From a virus (taxonomy: Duplodnaviria > Caudoviricetes), in the IMG/VR virus record IMGVR_UViG_3300037421_000099, positions 1 to 54,124 of that record: a stretch of 54,124 nucleotides of DNA; one strand, written 5' to 3'. A program made the position numbers and the translations under genes. Of this stretch, positions 1 to 9,325 are shown piece by piece; positions within the stretch are counted from its first letter, which is position 1, and every line of letters begins with the position of its first letter. Below the pieces are notes generated by a model. The model worked only from the letters and a program-made list of their open reading frames with translations. It did not search any database and was not told the origin of the DNA.

Positions 1-485
1 CGTTCGTACCCGCCGCTCGCCACCGATGACGTGGGGTCTTCGAACTTCTTCACGCGCGCGTGCGCGACGACGACAATCGCGATCCCCCTGAACCAGATCC
101 TCTCGAGCTGCGAGATGACCTTGCGCCACTCGACCGTGACCGCATCGTCGCCCTTGCCGTATCCGCCCTTGTGGTCGGTAACCGTTCCTCCCTTGAAGAG
201 GAACTCGTGGCTCATCGCTTCGATGTCAGTAATTGAGTCTAGGACGAGCGTCTTGCACGCTGCCGTCCCGTTCTCGACCGCTAGAAGCCACTCCTGCATG
301 TCCCCCCAGTCCGCGATGTCCACCCGCTGCACGTCGTAGTTGTGGCTCCCCCGATTCGCATCGAGGAACAACGGCTCGGGAGCGCCAGCGGCGTATCCGG
401 TTTTCCCGATGCCGTCGAACCCGTAGATGAGAACCCTAGGGGGCCGCTTGATCGTCCCCTTCCGTATGCGTTTCAGATCCACCAT
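1..485 (-). CDS. Sak4-like / AAA_24 phage ATPase (single-strand annealing), 3' end runs off window
   Basis: Hand translation MVDLKRIRKGTIKRPPRVLIYGFDGIGKT (Walker A) ... TLVLDSIT (Walker B) ... GYGKG ... VVVAH; GGAGG RBS; absent from ORF track because truncated. Confidence 0.85.
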   Translation of the reverse strand, partial: MVDLKRIRKGTIKRPPRVLIYGFDGIGKTGYAAGAPEPLFLDANRGSHNYDVQRVDIADWGDMQEWLLAVENGTAACKTLVLDSITDIEAMSHEFLFKGGTVTDHKGGYGKGDDAVTVEWRKVISQLERIWFRGIAIVVVAHARVKKFEDPTSSVASGGYE

Positions 486-1509
486 CACTCACCTCCGTGG
501 TCGCAACAGGAATCGAACCCGCTGCAGAAGCACCAGCCGACCCGTCATCTTCGATCATCGCATCCGTCTTCCCGCCCAGCACGAACGTCCGCGAAGCAGC
601 CCCGGTGTCTGGATTCACCAAGGAGATCGACCACTCCTTCTCCACCGAGATGACCCCCGAGGGCTTACCCCAGTACGTATGATATCCGATCATCATCGCC
701 CGTTCACGCGCGTTGTCGTAGGGGTCCTCGTTATCCAGCTTCAGAAGCGCCCCTTGGATGTCCCCTCCCGACTTCCACCAGTGCTCCAGCCCCCGGTGAA
801 GCGAGCTTCCCATCCGTAGCGGCTCGGGCTTGGGCCCCGTCGGCTCGACCAGCATTTCGTACCGAAAGAAGAAGCGCCTGGCACACGCTCTGTAGCATCG
901 AATCGAGGATTGCGTAAGGACGTCTTCGCCCTGCGCGTCGAGCTCTTCGTGCCTCTTGGTGCGCACGCGAAAAAGCATTGGATCGTCGATCGTGGTCGCA
1001 CCCGTGCACACCGAGAAGTAGTCGCACGTCCGCCCGTACTGCATGCACTGGTCGGGGTTGCGCGGCCAGACCTTGAGGCGTCGCGAGTCGCGGATGAGGC
1101 CCGCGGTCTGCCAGACGTCGAGCGCGTTGTCCACGCGATCCGTCTCGAGCCGTACGACCACTTCCCGACGGTAGTAGTAATCCGGCTTCTCGCCGATCGC
1201 CGCGATGAGCCGCTGAAAGAACTCTTCCGGCGTCTCGTCGACCTCGCGCTGGTTGGCGTACAGGCGCGGGATAGGTTCCTTCTTGGTGGGCTTGGTGTAC
1301 GTGCGCTTCTCGAGAGGCGTCGCCTGCAGCGGCTGCAACATAGGTTTGCGCAGCACATTGAAGAGCACCCCCACCGCGTCGTAGCCGAGTGAGATTGCGC
1401 CCTCGTTGTACATGCTGACTTGTGGATCGATGATCAGGCGCTTCCAATAAGGAGAGCCGACGGAAATGTCTTCGCCCGTGGACTTGTTCTCGACGACGAG
1501 GGTTCTCAT
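436..1509 (-). CDS. Cas4-like PD-(D/E)XK exonuclease, circularly permuted
   Basis: VVENKS, QVSMY, PRNPDQC..C..C, LTQSSIRCYRAC, GSSLH, VEKEW and GKTD motifs all present, but in permuted order; adjacent to Sak4-like ATPase. Confidence 0.85.
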   Translation of the reverse strand: MRTLVVENKSTGEDISVGSPYWKRLIIDPQVSMYNEGAISLGYDAVGVLFNVLRKPMLQPLQATPLEKRTYTKPTKKEPIPRLYANQREVDETPEEFFQRLIAAIGEKPDYYYRREVVVRLETDRVDNALDVWQTAGLIRDSRRLKVWPRNPDQCMQYGRTCDYFSVCTGATTIDDPMLFRVRTKRHEELDAQGEDVLTQSSIRCYRACARRFFFRYEMLVEPTGPKPEPLRMGSSLHRGLEHWWKSGGDIQGALLKLDNEDPYDNARERAMMIGYHTYWGKPSGVISVEKEWSISLVNPDTGAASRTFVLGGKTDAMIEDDGSAGASAAGSIPVATTEVSDGGSETHTEGDDQAAP

Positions 1510-1934
1510 CGGGATGTAGCTCGATCATTCATTAGTCGAACTCCAATTTTTTTGAGACCATAAATCGTTCCGCGCTCATACTGTAAAGCAGTACGTTTGG
1601 AGCACCAAAATTTTCCCAAGAGGTGAATTGCTGGAATTTTCCCAGAACGTTTTATCCATTTTATCCACCGGCAACGAGCAGACGTATTTAGTCGACTATT
1701 TTTTACTATAGATAGATGAGCCTTCAATCTTTGATCTAAATCTAACGAGGTGCATCCTATATATTTTACATAGCCGCTAATAGGACACGTCAATGCGTAT
1801 ATACGCCATTCCGTAAGACATTCTACAGAACCGTTACACCCTTCAGTAGAGCGACAACCCATGAACGATGCCCACGGCGAACCTCGATCAAGCTGTTTGC
1901 GCCCACATCTTTTACATCTATAAAGCGTTTTCAT
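1506..1934 (-). CDS. GIY-YIG endonuclease with N-terminal Cys motif
   Basis: IYAL...YIGCT...R..H and a later E; markedly AT-rich relative to flanks. Confidence 0.8.
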   Translation of the reverse strand: MKTLYRCKRCGRKQLDRGSPWASFMGCRSTEGCNGSVECLTEWRIYALTCPISGYVKYIGCTSLDLDQRLKAHLSIVKNSRLNTSARCRWIKWIKRSGKIPAIHLLGKFWCSKRTALQYERGTIYGLKKIGVRLMNDRATSR

Positions 1935-1947
1935 TCGCCCTACATGA

Positions 1948-2577
1948 TCAGTAATTGGGCCACGCCCACATCGAATCCCAGGGAACCTCGTTTTGCTCGT
2001 ACCAAACGGTTTTCTCTTGCTCCGTTGCGAAACGTGGAACAGGTTTGTCCTTGGGCCACTTTCGCTTCAAGGTGAACTTGTCGGATTCAGCCAGAGATTC
2101 CCATCCACTCCCGTAACGCGAAACTGGAAAATAGAAACCGACCCTACATTCTTTGCCGACTGCGTAGGACCATCCGTATACGTCAGCAATCAGTTTCCTA
2201 AGCAGCTCTCCAGGCTTCTCGCCTAGAACCTGATCTCCACGCAAATTCGGCTGCAGCGGGCCACCGCCGGTCCCGACCGGGATCACCGCAATCGAAACGC
2301 TTTCTGGCTTCCTACCAACCGAAGGGAGCCAGGCCAAGATGGCCTCCCAGAGTAAGCCGAGCTCTTTTGGCCAGCTGTCTCTCATTCTCTTTTCTTCTTC
2401 GTTCATGACCGGCTTCCTCAGCTCTAAAGCCAGTTCACGGGCGCAACGCTCAAGCATGATCAGTTCTGGTCTAGTAGTGACCTCTACACCAGGATCCTCA
2501 TCCAAGAATACGCCCCGACACCACTTCAAAAGAAGCTCTCGAAGCCTAGCCCGAAGAACTCTCTCAGACTGCTCCAT
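1948..2577 (-). CDS. hypothetical protein
   Basis: 209 aa ORF in operon orientation. Confidence 0.6.
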   Translation of the reverse strand: MEQSERVLRARLRELLLKWCRGVFLDEDPGVEVTTRPELIMLERCARELALELRKPVMNEEEKRMRDSWPKELGLLWEAILAWLPSVGRKPESVSIAVIPVGTGGGPLQPNLRGDQVLGEKPGELLRKLIADVYGWSYAVGKECRVGFYFPVSRYGSGWESLAESDKFTLKRKWPKDKPVPRFATEQEKTVWYEQNEVPWDSMWAWPNY

Positions 2578-2761
2578 GACCGAACCTCATCCGAATCTGC
2601 CGAATCGTGTGATGCGGCAGCGTCTTGCCGTTCGGCCCCTTGCGCCGATGCTTGGCGCAATAGAAGCGCACCGGCTGAATCGGTTTGCGTCCGCTGACCG
2701 GGACGTAGCCCCCAGAGTCGTGGCACCCCTGGGGGGACTCGCAACGCGGCTGGATCTTCAT
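2564..2761 (-). CDS. small hypothetical protein (Cys/His)
   Basis: Fills the gap between co-directional genes. Confidence 0.45.
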   Translation of the reverse strand: MKIQPRCESPQGCHDSGGYVPVSGRKPIQPVRFYCAKHRRKGPNGKTLPHHTIRQIRMRFGHGAV

Positions 2762-2770
2762 TCGCTCATC

Positions 2771-3625
2771 CTATCCGATGAGCGACACGAGCGGCTTCTC
2801 GTCGCCGAGAACCCAGTAGAGAGCCGCCTCGATTGCGGCGCGATGATTCTCCTTGATCGCCTCAGCCCCTTGAACCTCCTCGAGCTTCGCCTGCACCTCC
2901 TTCTTGCCGCGCATCCCATCGGTGAGCCCGAGCGCTTCGCGATTCTCGGCGCGAGCCTTGCGAGCCGCCGCGCGCGGCTTCTTCTCTCGGGTGTGGTCTC
3001 CGGGGGGAGGTAGGTCGGCCAGGCGCTTCTTGGCCTCGCCAGCGTCCAGCTTAGCGAGCTTGTAGCCGTCGCTCGCTGCGATCGTGCCGTTCTCGACGGC
3101 CTTTTTCACCTCCTTTGGAGCGTCGAGCAGGCGGACCATGTTCTTGATGGTCGTCGTCGAGACGCCCATCATGATGGCCGCCTCCTCTTCGGAGCGCCCG
3201 AGGTCCAGGAACCTGGCGACCTTTTGCGCCTTCTGAAGCGGTGTCTCGGCTCGGCGGTGAACGTTCTCGCTGACCATCACGCCCATCAGCACATGGGGCT
3301 CGCCCCGGCGAACGACCGCTGGCACCCAGATCGGCTCTTCGCCTTTCTTCTTCAGGCGCTTGTTCGCCTCGCGCGTCGCCAGGACTCGACCTCGGCCCGC
3401 AACAACCTCGGTCTTCCCGGTCTCGGGGTTCTTTCGGACGACGATCGGCTCGATGACGCCGTAGGCCATGATGTTGAGCACCATCGACTCTTCGGGCGCA
3501 TCGAAGATGCGCTCGTCGAAGATGGCGCTGCCCTTGTCGTCGACCAGGACCAGATCCGCCGGGTCGAAGAGGAGCGTTGCGCCTCTACCTTTCGCGTTGT
3601 GTGCGTCCTTGGAGCTCTTAGCCAT
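2771..3625 (-). CDS. parB: ParB/Srx-like N-terminal domain protein
   Basis: GVIEPIVVR...VVAGRGR...SENVHR, followed by HTH (EEAAIMMGVSTTTIKN). Confidence 0.85.
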   Translation of the reverse strand: MAKSSKDAHNAKGRGATLLFDPADLVLVDDKGSAIFDERIFDAPEESMVLNIMAYGVIEPIVVRKNPETGKTEVVAGRGRVLATREANKRLKKKGEEPIWVPAVVRRGEPHVLMGVMVSENVHRRAETPLQKAQKVARFLDLGRSEEEAAIMMGVSTTTIKNMVRLLDAPKEVKKAVENGTIAASDGYKLAKLDAGEAKKRLADLPPPGDHTREKKPRAAARKARAENREALGLTDGMRGKKEVQAKLEEVQGAEAIKENHRAAIEAALYWVLGDEKPLVSLIG

Positions 3626-4052
3626 GGCCGTTCCTTTCCTCTTTCTGCGCTTCGCGCGCTCTTCTCAGCCGCCCTGTCACTGCACTCATCGAACATCCTA
3701 GGCGCTGCGCGATCGCGTAGATCGGCAGGCCCTCCTTCTGCTGGAGGCGAAGCGCTTCCATCGCTTCGGGGCTCGCCTTGGCGAGACTCTTGGGCTTGTA
3801 GACCCTGACGGTGGGTTTGGGCGCCGGGTCAGGGGATGGGAGGTAGAGGCGCTCGGGCGTGCCGTTCAGCCGCGAGCCACGAAGACCGAACCGGAGCACG
3901 CGTAGAGCGAGCTTCACTTGCCGGCCGCGATCGGTCCTGCCGTGCGCGAAACCGTTTTCGATCCGATCGATCGTCACGTTCATCCGGCCGTCGGAGCCGT
4001 AGCGGTTCATCACGACGACCGACCAGCATTGGCCGACTTCGACGTGTCTCAC
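3618..4052 (-). CDS. HTH DNA-binding protein (sigma region-4-like C-terminus)
   Basis: GTG start overlaps the upstream stop; EGLPIYAIAQRLGCSMSAVTGRLRRA. Confidence 0.7.
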   Translation of the reverse strand: MRHVEVGQCWSVVVMNRYGSDGRMNVTIDRIENGFAHGRTDRGRQVKLALRVLRFGLRGSRLNGTPERLYLPSPDPAPKPTVRVYKPKSLAKASPEAMEALRLQQKEGLPIYAIAQRLGCSMSAVTGRLRRAREAQKEERNGHG

Positions 4053-4732
4053 GGCTGGACTACCGCGTGAAACGGAAGCTCCGCCACGTCTTCGAGCGGC
4101 ATATTTCTGTACCAGTGCTTTCGCGCCGGCTCCCAGAAGAACCCGTGTTCCTTGACGACGTCCTTCATCTCGAAAGGTGCCATCGACACGACGCGCACCT
4201 TGGGTCGGAGCGCGAGCCGGAAGAGTTCCTGAAGGTCTCCTCCTAGCTCGGCGACACGCGTCAGCACGCGGCTCATCATGTCGACGTCGGTCATCGCGCG
4301 GTGCGCTGCGATGACACCGAGGCCCAGGCCGAGGGCTAGGTGGACGAGATGATCGCCACGGAGGCCGCGGGGCCACTTAAAGTCTGACTTGGTGCAGACC
4401 CACTTGGCGCCGTTCCAGAGCGGCGGCGTGAACTTCATGTCGAACTCAGCCCGATGCGCAACGATGCACTCAGCACCCATCGAGATCGTTCGCACCCGCC
4501 GCCACACGTCCGCCGGAGTCGGCGCACCCATGAGCATCGCGGCCGAGATCCCGTTCACCTTCTCCATGGGGTTGTCGGGTTTCTCCGCCGGATCCCACAT
4601 GAGAGACGAGAAGCTCACAATCGGTGTCGCCTGCTCGATGTCGTAGAGCTGCACGGCGACCTCGATGCAGCGGGCGCCCTGCGCGGGGTCCATTCCGGTC
4701 GTCTCGCAGTCGAGGAGGAGAACGTTTTTCAC
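4049..4732 (-). CDS. DEDDh 3'-5' exonuclease (DnaQ-like)
   Basis: LDCETTG, AHRAEFD, HRAMTD motifs. Confidence 0.9.
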   Translation of the reverse strand: MKNVLLLDCETTGMDPAQGARCIEVAVQLYDIEQATPIVSFSSLMWDPAEKPDNPMEKVNGISAAMLMGAPTPADVWRRVRTISMGAECIVAHRAEFDMKFTPPLWNGAKWVCTKSDFKWPRGLRGDHLVHLALGLGLGVIAAHRAMTDVDMMSRVLTRVAELGGDLQELFRLALRPKVRVVSMAPFEMKDVVKEHGFFWEPARKHWYRNMPLEDVAELPFHAVVQP

Positions 4733-5007
4733 GCTTGCCTCCAGTAGCCCTGCTCGATATCCGACGCGACGGTCCGGATCAGAACCGACGTCACATTATT
4801 GTCGTCACCGGCTCGCTCGCGGATGTACGTCGCGATCTGCTTCACCACCCGCGCCTCGGTGCCCTCGGTATCCGGCGTGAGCTCGCGGAGCATCCGATCG
4901 GCCATGTCGTCGTAGATACCCGGTACGATCGACTGCTCCCGAAAGCTCCTCAGCCACTTCGCTGCCGCCAGCACACCCTTCTCCCAGTCGCTCGGCCCCT
5001 GTCCCAT
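4729..5007 (-). CDS. hypothetical protein, first gene of leftward operon
   Basis: GGAGG RBS before ATG at 5007; stop overlaps next start. Confidence 0.65.
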   Translation of the reverse strand: MGQGPSDWEKGVLAAAKWLRSFREQSIVPGIYDDMADRMLRELTPDTEGTEARVVKQIATYIRERAGDDNNVTSVLIRTVASDIEQGYWRQA

Positions 5008-5029
5008 TCCGCAACCTCCACAATGGGCC

Positions 5030-5070
5030 ACGATAGAGCTTGTGTTGCTGAGTGTCAACTGGTATCTTTG
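5030..5070. promoter_or_regulatory. overlapping divergent promoters
   Basis: Minus strand TTGACA-17-TATCGT; plus strand TATCTT 8 nt before ATG 5077. Confidence 0.6.
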
Positions 5071-5076
5071 TCGACG

Positions 5077-5241
5077 ATGAACGAACAAGACTCCGTCGTC
5101 ATTCACGTGCGCCTCCCCAAGGAAACGCACAAGGCCCTCGTCATCAAGGCCAAGGAACACTTTGACCTCCCTGTCGGATCGCTCGCCCGCGGCCTCATAG
5201 AGGAGGGATTGGGCATCCGGAAGAACGGAAAGAAAAAGTGA
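5077..5241 (+). CDS. ribbon-helix-helix (Arc/Mnt-like) regulator
   Basis: VVIHVRLPKETHKALVIKAKEH...VGSLARGLIEEGL pattern; first gene at the divergence point. Confidence 0.7.
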   Translation: MNEQDSVVIHVRLPKETHKALVIKAKEHFDLPVGSLARGLIEEGLGIRKNGKKK

Positions 5242-5510
5242 GCAGCTGGAGAGAGATGCCCGCACCTTCGCAGCCGCCCGCGATCGATGCGGTATTCGGG
5301 ATGGCCCGAGAGCTACTCGGCTCACTCATGCCAGAGGAAGCGTACGAGTACAGAATGTGGCTCCGCGAAGTGCGCAAGCGGGTGCGTCACCGGCAGCTGC
5401 GAGAGGGAATCTTGGTGCGCCCGAAGCAGGCGCCACATCGGTGTTCAACTTGTCGCGCAACAGGACACAATAGGGTGTCCTGTCCTCAACGACGGAAGAC
5501 AGAGACATGA
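5238..5510 (+). CDS. zinc-knuckle protein
   Basis: CSTCRATGHNRVSC (CX2CX4HX4C). Confidence 0.65.
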   Translation: MSSWREMPAPSQPPAIDAVFGMARELLGSLMPEEAYEYRMWLREVRKRVRHRQLREGILVRPKQAPHRCSTCRATGHNRVSCPQRRKTET

Positions 5511-5854
5511 GCACCTTCCTCCGAGCCCTTTCCGACCTCATCCCGCGCGCTCTCGCCCGCCTGACCAGCGAACCGGAGCTGCAAGAGGTGCCGGCTACGG
5601 TCGGACGCTGGCGCGGCATCTTCGTCTCTCCCGAGACGCAAGCCGTCAAAGACCTCTTCGTCTACGCCAGCACCCGCGAGCAAGCGCAAGCCCTCTTCGC
5701 AGCGGTGAAAGAGATCCACGACCCCACCAACCCTCTTCGCACGGTAACGATCGGGCAAGACGGCTGGCAGCTCTCGAGCGTCGAGCCGGACGATTCGGAC
5801 TGGCAGCCGAAGCTCGTCAACGATTTCTACAAGCCGGAGACGAGGGCGGGATGA
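5507..5854 (+). CDS. hypothetical protein
   Basis: ATGA-coupled ORF. Confidence 0.6.
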   Translation: MSTFLRALSDLIPRALARLTSEPELQEVPATVGRWRGIFVSPETQAVKDLFVYASTREQAQALFAAVKEIHDPTNPLRTVTIGQDGWQLSSVEPDDSDWQPKLVNDFYKPETRAG

Positions 5855-6159
5855 AAAGAGAGTGGGCCGTGACACATGCTCCGACCATCATGAAACACGA
5901 CGGCACTGTCTCGGTCCCGTGCCCCCCAGAGGGGGACGGCTGGGACCTGCGCGGAACCGCACTTGCGACAGGAGGCGGAACAGACCTTGTCTGCTTCTAC
6001 TGGCAGCGCGACCTCGGTGATACTGCGAAAACACCAGGCCAGGTCGCGTTCGAGTCGTACCACTACGAACTCAAGAACCCGGAGGAAGCATGGAAGAACA
6101 CGTATCACGGCACCCGAGAGATGTGGGAACAGCTAGCGGCTCGCGTTCGGAGTCTTTAG
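5851..6159 (+). CDS. hypothetical protein
   Basis: ATGA coupling at 5851 (MKREWAVTH...). Confidence 0.55.
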   Translation: MKREWAVTHAPTIMKHDGTVSVPCPPEGDGWDLRGTALATGGGTDLVCFYWQRDLGDTAKTPGQVAFESYHYELKNPEEAWKNTYHGTREMWEQLAARVRSL

Positions 6160-6161
6160 TG

Positions 6162-6434
6162 ATGAATCGTACCTCCGACCTCGCCCTCCTCTCGCGCATC
6201 CTGCAGCCCGGCAACGACCCCGAGCTTTCTCCTTACGAGAAAGCCGCGTTCACCGGAATGCAGCAAGACTTGCAGAGCGGTCAGGTCGCGCTCACGCTCC
6301 GGCAGCGAGCGTTTGCCACCGAGGTCGAAAAGCGCCTCCAGCCGTTCGACACGAGCAAGGTTCCACGCGGTCGCGAGGTCATTACGCCCGCGGTTCTTCG
6401 TCAACCGCTACCCAAACGCCCGCCCGGCCGATGA
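6162..6434 (+). CDS. hypothetical protein
   Basis: Contiguous operon ORF. Confidence 0.55.
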   Translation: MNRTSDLALLSRILQPGNDPELSPYEKAAFTGMQQDLQSGQVALTLRQRAFATEVEKRLQPFDTSKVPRGREVITPAVLRQPLPKRPPGR

Positions 6435-6697
6435 TCGCCTGCGACGCCCCCCACTGCCGTCGCGGCATCGTCAGCGCCGGTATCGGCTGGGGTGACCCGT
6501 GTCCCGTGTGCCAGGGCCTCGGAACGCTTTCGCTCAAGCGCACTGCGACACTTCTCGAAATTCGAGAAAACACGCTGCGGGCGTTTCTTCGTCCCGACCA
6601 TCAGCCGCGAGCGCGGACCTGTCAGCGTATCCTCGACGCCGCTATCAAGATCCTGCACCTAGAAGCCGACGGGAAACAGCTGCGACTCCACAGCTAG
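6431..6697 (+). CDS. Zn-finger + HTH protein
   Basis: C..C...CPVCQGLG then HTH-like LKRTATLLEIRENTLRAF. Confidence 0.55.
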   Translation: MIACDAPHCRRGIVSAGIGWGDPCPVCQGLGTLSLKRTATLLEIRENTLRAFLRPDHQPRARTCQRILDAAIKILHLEADGKQLRLHS

Positions 6698-6706
6698 GAG
6701 AAGAAC

Positions 6707-7108
6707 ATGCGCAAGAAAGACGAGTTGTCCAAAAATTCCTGCATGAAGCGCGCACACCCCGAAGAGATGGTCTTCGTTCTGCTGAGTCGCGATGCGGCTG
6801 CGCCGGCTACCATACGAGCGTGGGCTGCCGAGCGCGTTCGACTCGGCAAGAACGTCGAGACCGACGAGCAGATCGTCGAAGCGCTCGCGTGCGCGGAAAC
6901 GATGGAAGCCGAAGGCCGCAAGTGGGTCGGCCATCCGACCCACTATCCGTTCGGGATGGGTGAAGAGTCTCGGCGTCTGCACCGCGAGTACAACCGCCTC
7001 GTCGAGGCGCAGATCAAAGGCGCGAAGAACGGCGCGGAGGTCAGACGTCTGACAGACGAATGTGCTGCCAAGCGGATCATTCTCGTTCCAGGCGGCGAAA
7101 ACCTCTAA
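6707..7108 (+). CDS. phage hypothetical protein
   Basis: AGGAG RBS; EMVFVLLSRDAAAPATIRAWA motif. Confidence 0.65.
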   Translation: MRKKDELSKNSCMKRAHPEEMVFVLLSRDAAAPATIRAWAAERVRLGKNVETDEQIVEALACAETMEAEGRKWVGHPTHYPFGMGEESRRLHREYNRLVEAQIKGAKNGAEVRRLTDECAAKRIILVPGGENL

Positions 7109-7112
7109 GCCG

Positions 7113-8855
7113 ATGGCTCGTAAGCTCAACATCTCCCTCCCCCTCTTCGAGGCCGAGTCCACCTCCGCCTCGGAGATCGTCTTGCGTCCTTACCAGGACC
7201 GGGCCGTGCGCCTCCTACGCATGCACAACACGTCCGGCAAAAAGCGCGTTCTCTGCGTGGCTCCCACGCGCGCCGGGAAGACCATTATCATCGTCGCCGT
7301 CACCAAGGCGACCAAGCTCCCGGTCATCGTGGTCGCACACCGCATGGAACTCATCGATCAGGCGGTCGCCCAGCTCGCGCGCGCTGGGTTGACGAACGTC
7401 GGGGTCCTTCGCGGAGACGACGAACGGGAGAACCCGAACGCGTCGGTACAGGTCTGCAGCATCGCAACACTGGCCCGCCGAGAGAAGCCGTACAAGGAAC
7501 AGCGCTGCATCATCTTCATCGACGAGGCGCACCGTTCGTGCTCCGACAGCTACATCCAGCACATCTTCGAGGCGTACCCCGAGGCCTTCATCGTCGGCTT
7601 CACCGCTACCCCCTGCCGGCTCGACGGCAAGCCCCTCGGCGACCTGTACGAGGTTCTTGAGGTCGTTGCGACCTACCAGGAATTGTTCAAACGGCCGGAC
7701 TGGCTCATCGCTCCCGACGTGTACGCCTCACCGCTTCAGGCGGACCTTTCGAAGGTGCGGACGATCGCGGGCGACTACGACGAGGGAGCGCTCGCCGAGG
7801 TGATGCACCAGAAGGACCTCGAAGGCAACGTCGTCGAGCACTGGCTCAAGTACGCGCACCTGCACCCCATGTTCTCGCCCAAGGGTGATCGGCTGCCCGG
7901 CAAGTTCGCCCCCGGCGAACGTCGCGCGACGTTTCTCTTCGCGTCGGGTATCGACCACTCGCTTTCGCTCTGCCAACGCTTCGAAGCGCAAGGCGTGCGC
8001 ATCGCGCACCTGGACGGAACGACCCCCGAAGAGCAACGCCGAGCCGCGCTCCGTGACCTCGCCGCCGGCAAGATTGAGATCCTGAGCAACGTGAACATCC
8101 TGCTCGAAGGCGTGGACCTTCCCGAAGCCAAGTGCGTGGTGCACGCTCGTCCGACGCAATCGATCACGCTCTGGCGTCAGAGCGCATGTCGCATCATGAC
8201 GCCCCACAAGGGGATCGTACCGCTGCTGCTCGACCACGCTGGGAATATGGATCGGCTCTATGCGCCGTACGAAGATGTCAACTGGTCGCTGACAGGAAGG
8301 CCTGCGCGCCGATCCAGCGCGCCCGCAATGAAGGTGTGCTCCACGTGCTACGCGTACGTACTCGCGGGACGCGCCTCGTGTCCGTATTGCGGCGTAGCCT
8401 TCTCGTCTGACTCGTCAGAACGGCAGGTGCCAAACGAGACGCCCGACGAGCTTCAGAAGCGTTCGACAGAGCCGCTCGACCTGCGAAAGCAGTTCTTCGA
8501 CAAGCAGGTAGAGTTCGCGCGCGCGCGCGGGTTCAAGCCGGGGTTTGCTTCGGCGAAGTACAAGGAACGGTACAAGGACTGGCCGCCGAAGGATTGGGGG
8601 GAGCTCGCGAAGTGGGAGTACGCGAAAGATGTAAACTGGCAGCGGGCTCTTGATAGTCGCGAGAGGCGACGAGCTGCGAAGAAGGAAGCGTCGGAACGCG
8701 AAGAGCAAGCTGCAGTCGAAGCGGCACGTACTGAACTGGGAGACGAAGAAGAGGTAGCGCCAGAGGATCCGTTCGTCGCCGACGACGACGACTCGTTCGC
8801 GGGGTGGGTGGAGCAGCAGGGGATCGCGGTGCACAAGCATGGAGGGACGCAATGA
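7113..8855 (+). CDS. superfamily 2 DEAH helicase (ResIII/RadD-like) with Zn ribbon
   Basis: LRPYQ, APTRAGKT, DEAH, TATP, EGVDLP, LLLDH, CSTC...CPYC. Confidence 0.92.
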   Translation: MARKLNISLPLFEAESTSASEIVLRPYQDRAVRLLRMHNTSGKKRVLCVAPTRAGKTIIIVAVTKATKLPVIVVAHRMELIDQAVAQLARAGLTNVGVLRGDDERENPNASVQVCSIATLARREKPYKEQRCIIFIDEAHRSCSDSYIQHIFEAYPEAFIVGFTATPCRLDGKPLGDLYEVLEVVATYQELFKRPDWLIAPDVYASPLQADLSKVRTIAGDYDEGALAEVMHQKDLEGNVVEHWLKYAHLHPMFSPKGDRLPGKFAPGERRATFLFASGIDHSLSLCQRFEAQGVRIAHLDGTTPEEQRRAALRDLAAGKIEILSNVNILLEGVDLPEAKCVVHARPTQSITLWRQSACRIMTPHKGIVPLLLDHAGNMDRLYAPYEDVNWSLTGRPARRSSAPAMKVCSTCYAYVLAGRASCPYCGVAFSSDSSERQVPNETPDELQKRSTEPLDLRKQFFDKQVEFARARGFKPGFASAKYKERYKDWPPKDWGELAKWEYAKDVNWQRALDSRERRRAAKKEASEREEQAAVEAARTELGDEEEVAPEDPFVADDDDSFAGWVEQQGIAVHKHGGTQ

Positions 8856-9130
8856 CAAATCAAATAGCGAACGACACAATCACGTTGCCTCGTGTGCTAC
8901 TGCAATGCGTTCTGGATGTTGCAGTGAATTCGATGAGCTTCACCTCAGGCTTCCTTGACAATGAGGAGGTAGAGGCGCTGCGGTCAATCGCAGCAATCTT
9001 GAGTATCGACCCAATGGTAGTCACACCGGACAACCGGGAAGTGCCATTATGGACGACCGCACGAGTACACCTCCTACGGAGGTGTCCGACCTCCGATGTG
9101 CTGGATGTGTAAGCAGACCAAGGTATCCAC

Positions 9131-9325
9131 GTGAGCCGCAGAACGACGTACGAGCTGCGTCACGTGCTCGACGATGACGGGAACACCTGCGACGGTCACG
9201 TGCTCGCAGAGGTTATCGAATTCTCGTCCGACGAGAAGAGCGGTCCCGCGCAGGTTGCAACCCCGGCGTATCGCGCAGGGTGGGAAGGCGTGTTTGGGAA
9301 GAAGCCGGTTGTGGGGCAAGCATGA
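9131..9325 (+). CDS. hypothetical protein
   Basis: AAGG RBS; coupled to next gene. Confidence 0.55.
   Translation: MSRRTTYELRHVLDDDGNTCDGHVLAEVIEFSSDEKSGPAQVATPAYRAGWEGVFGKKPVVGQA

Noticed and set aside
1506-1934. Group I intron around the GIY-YIG gene
   Set aside because: The ORF abuts its neighbours, leaving no room for an intron core, and the missing nuclease half lies downstream rather than upstream.
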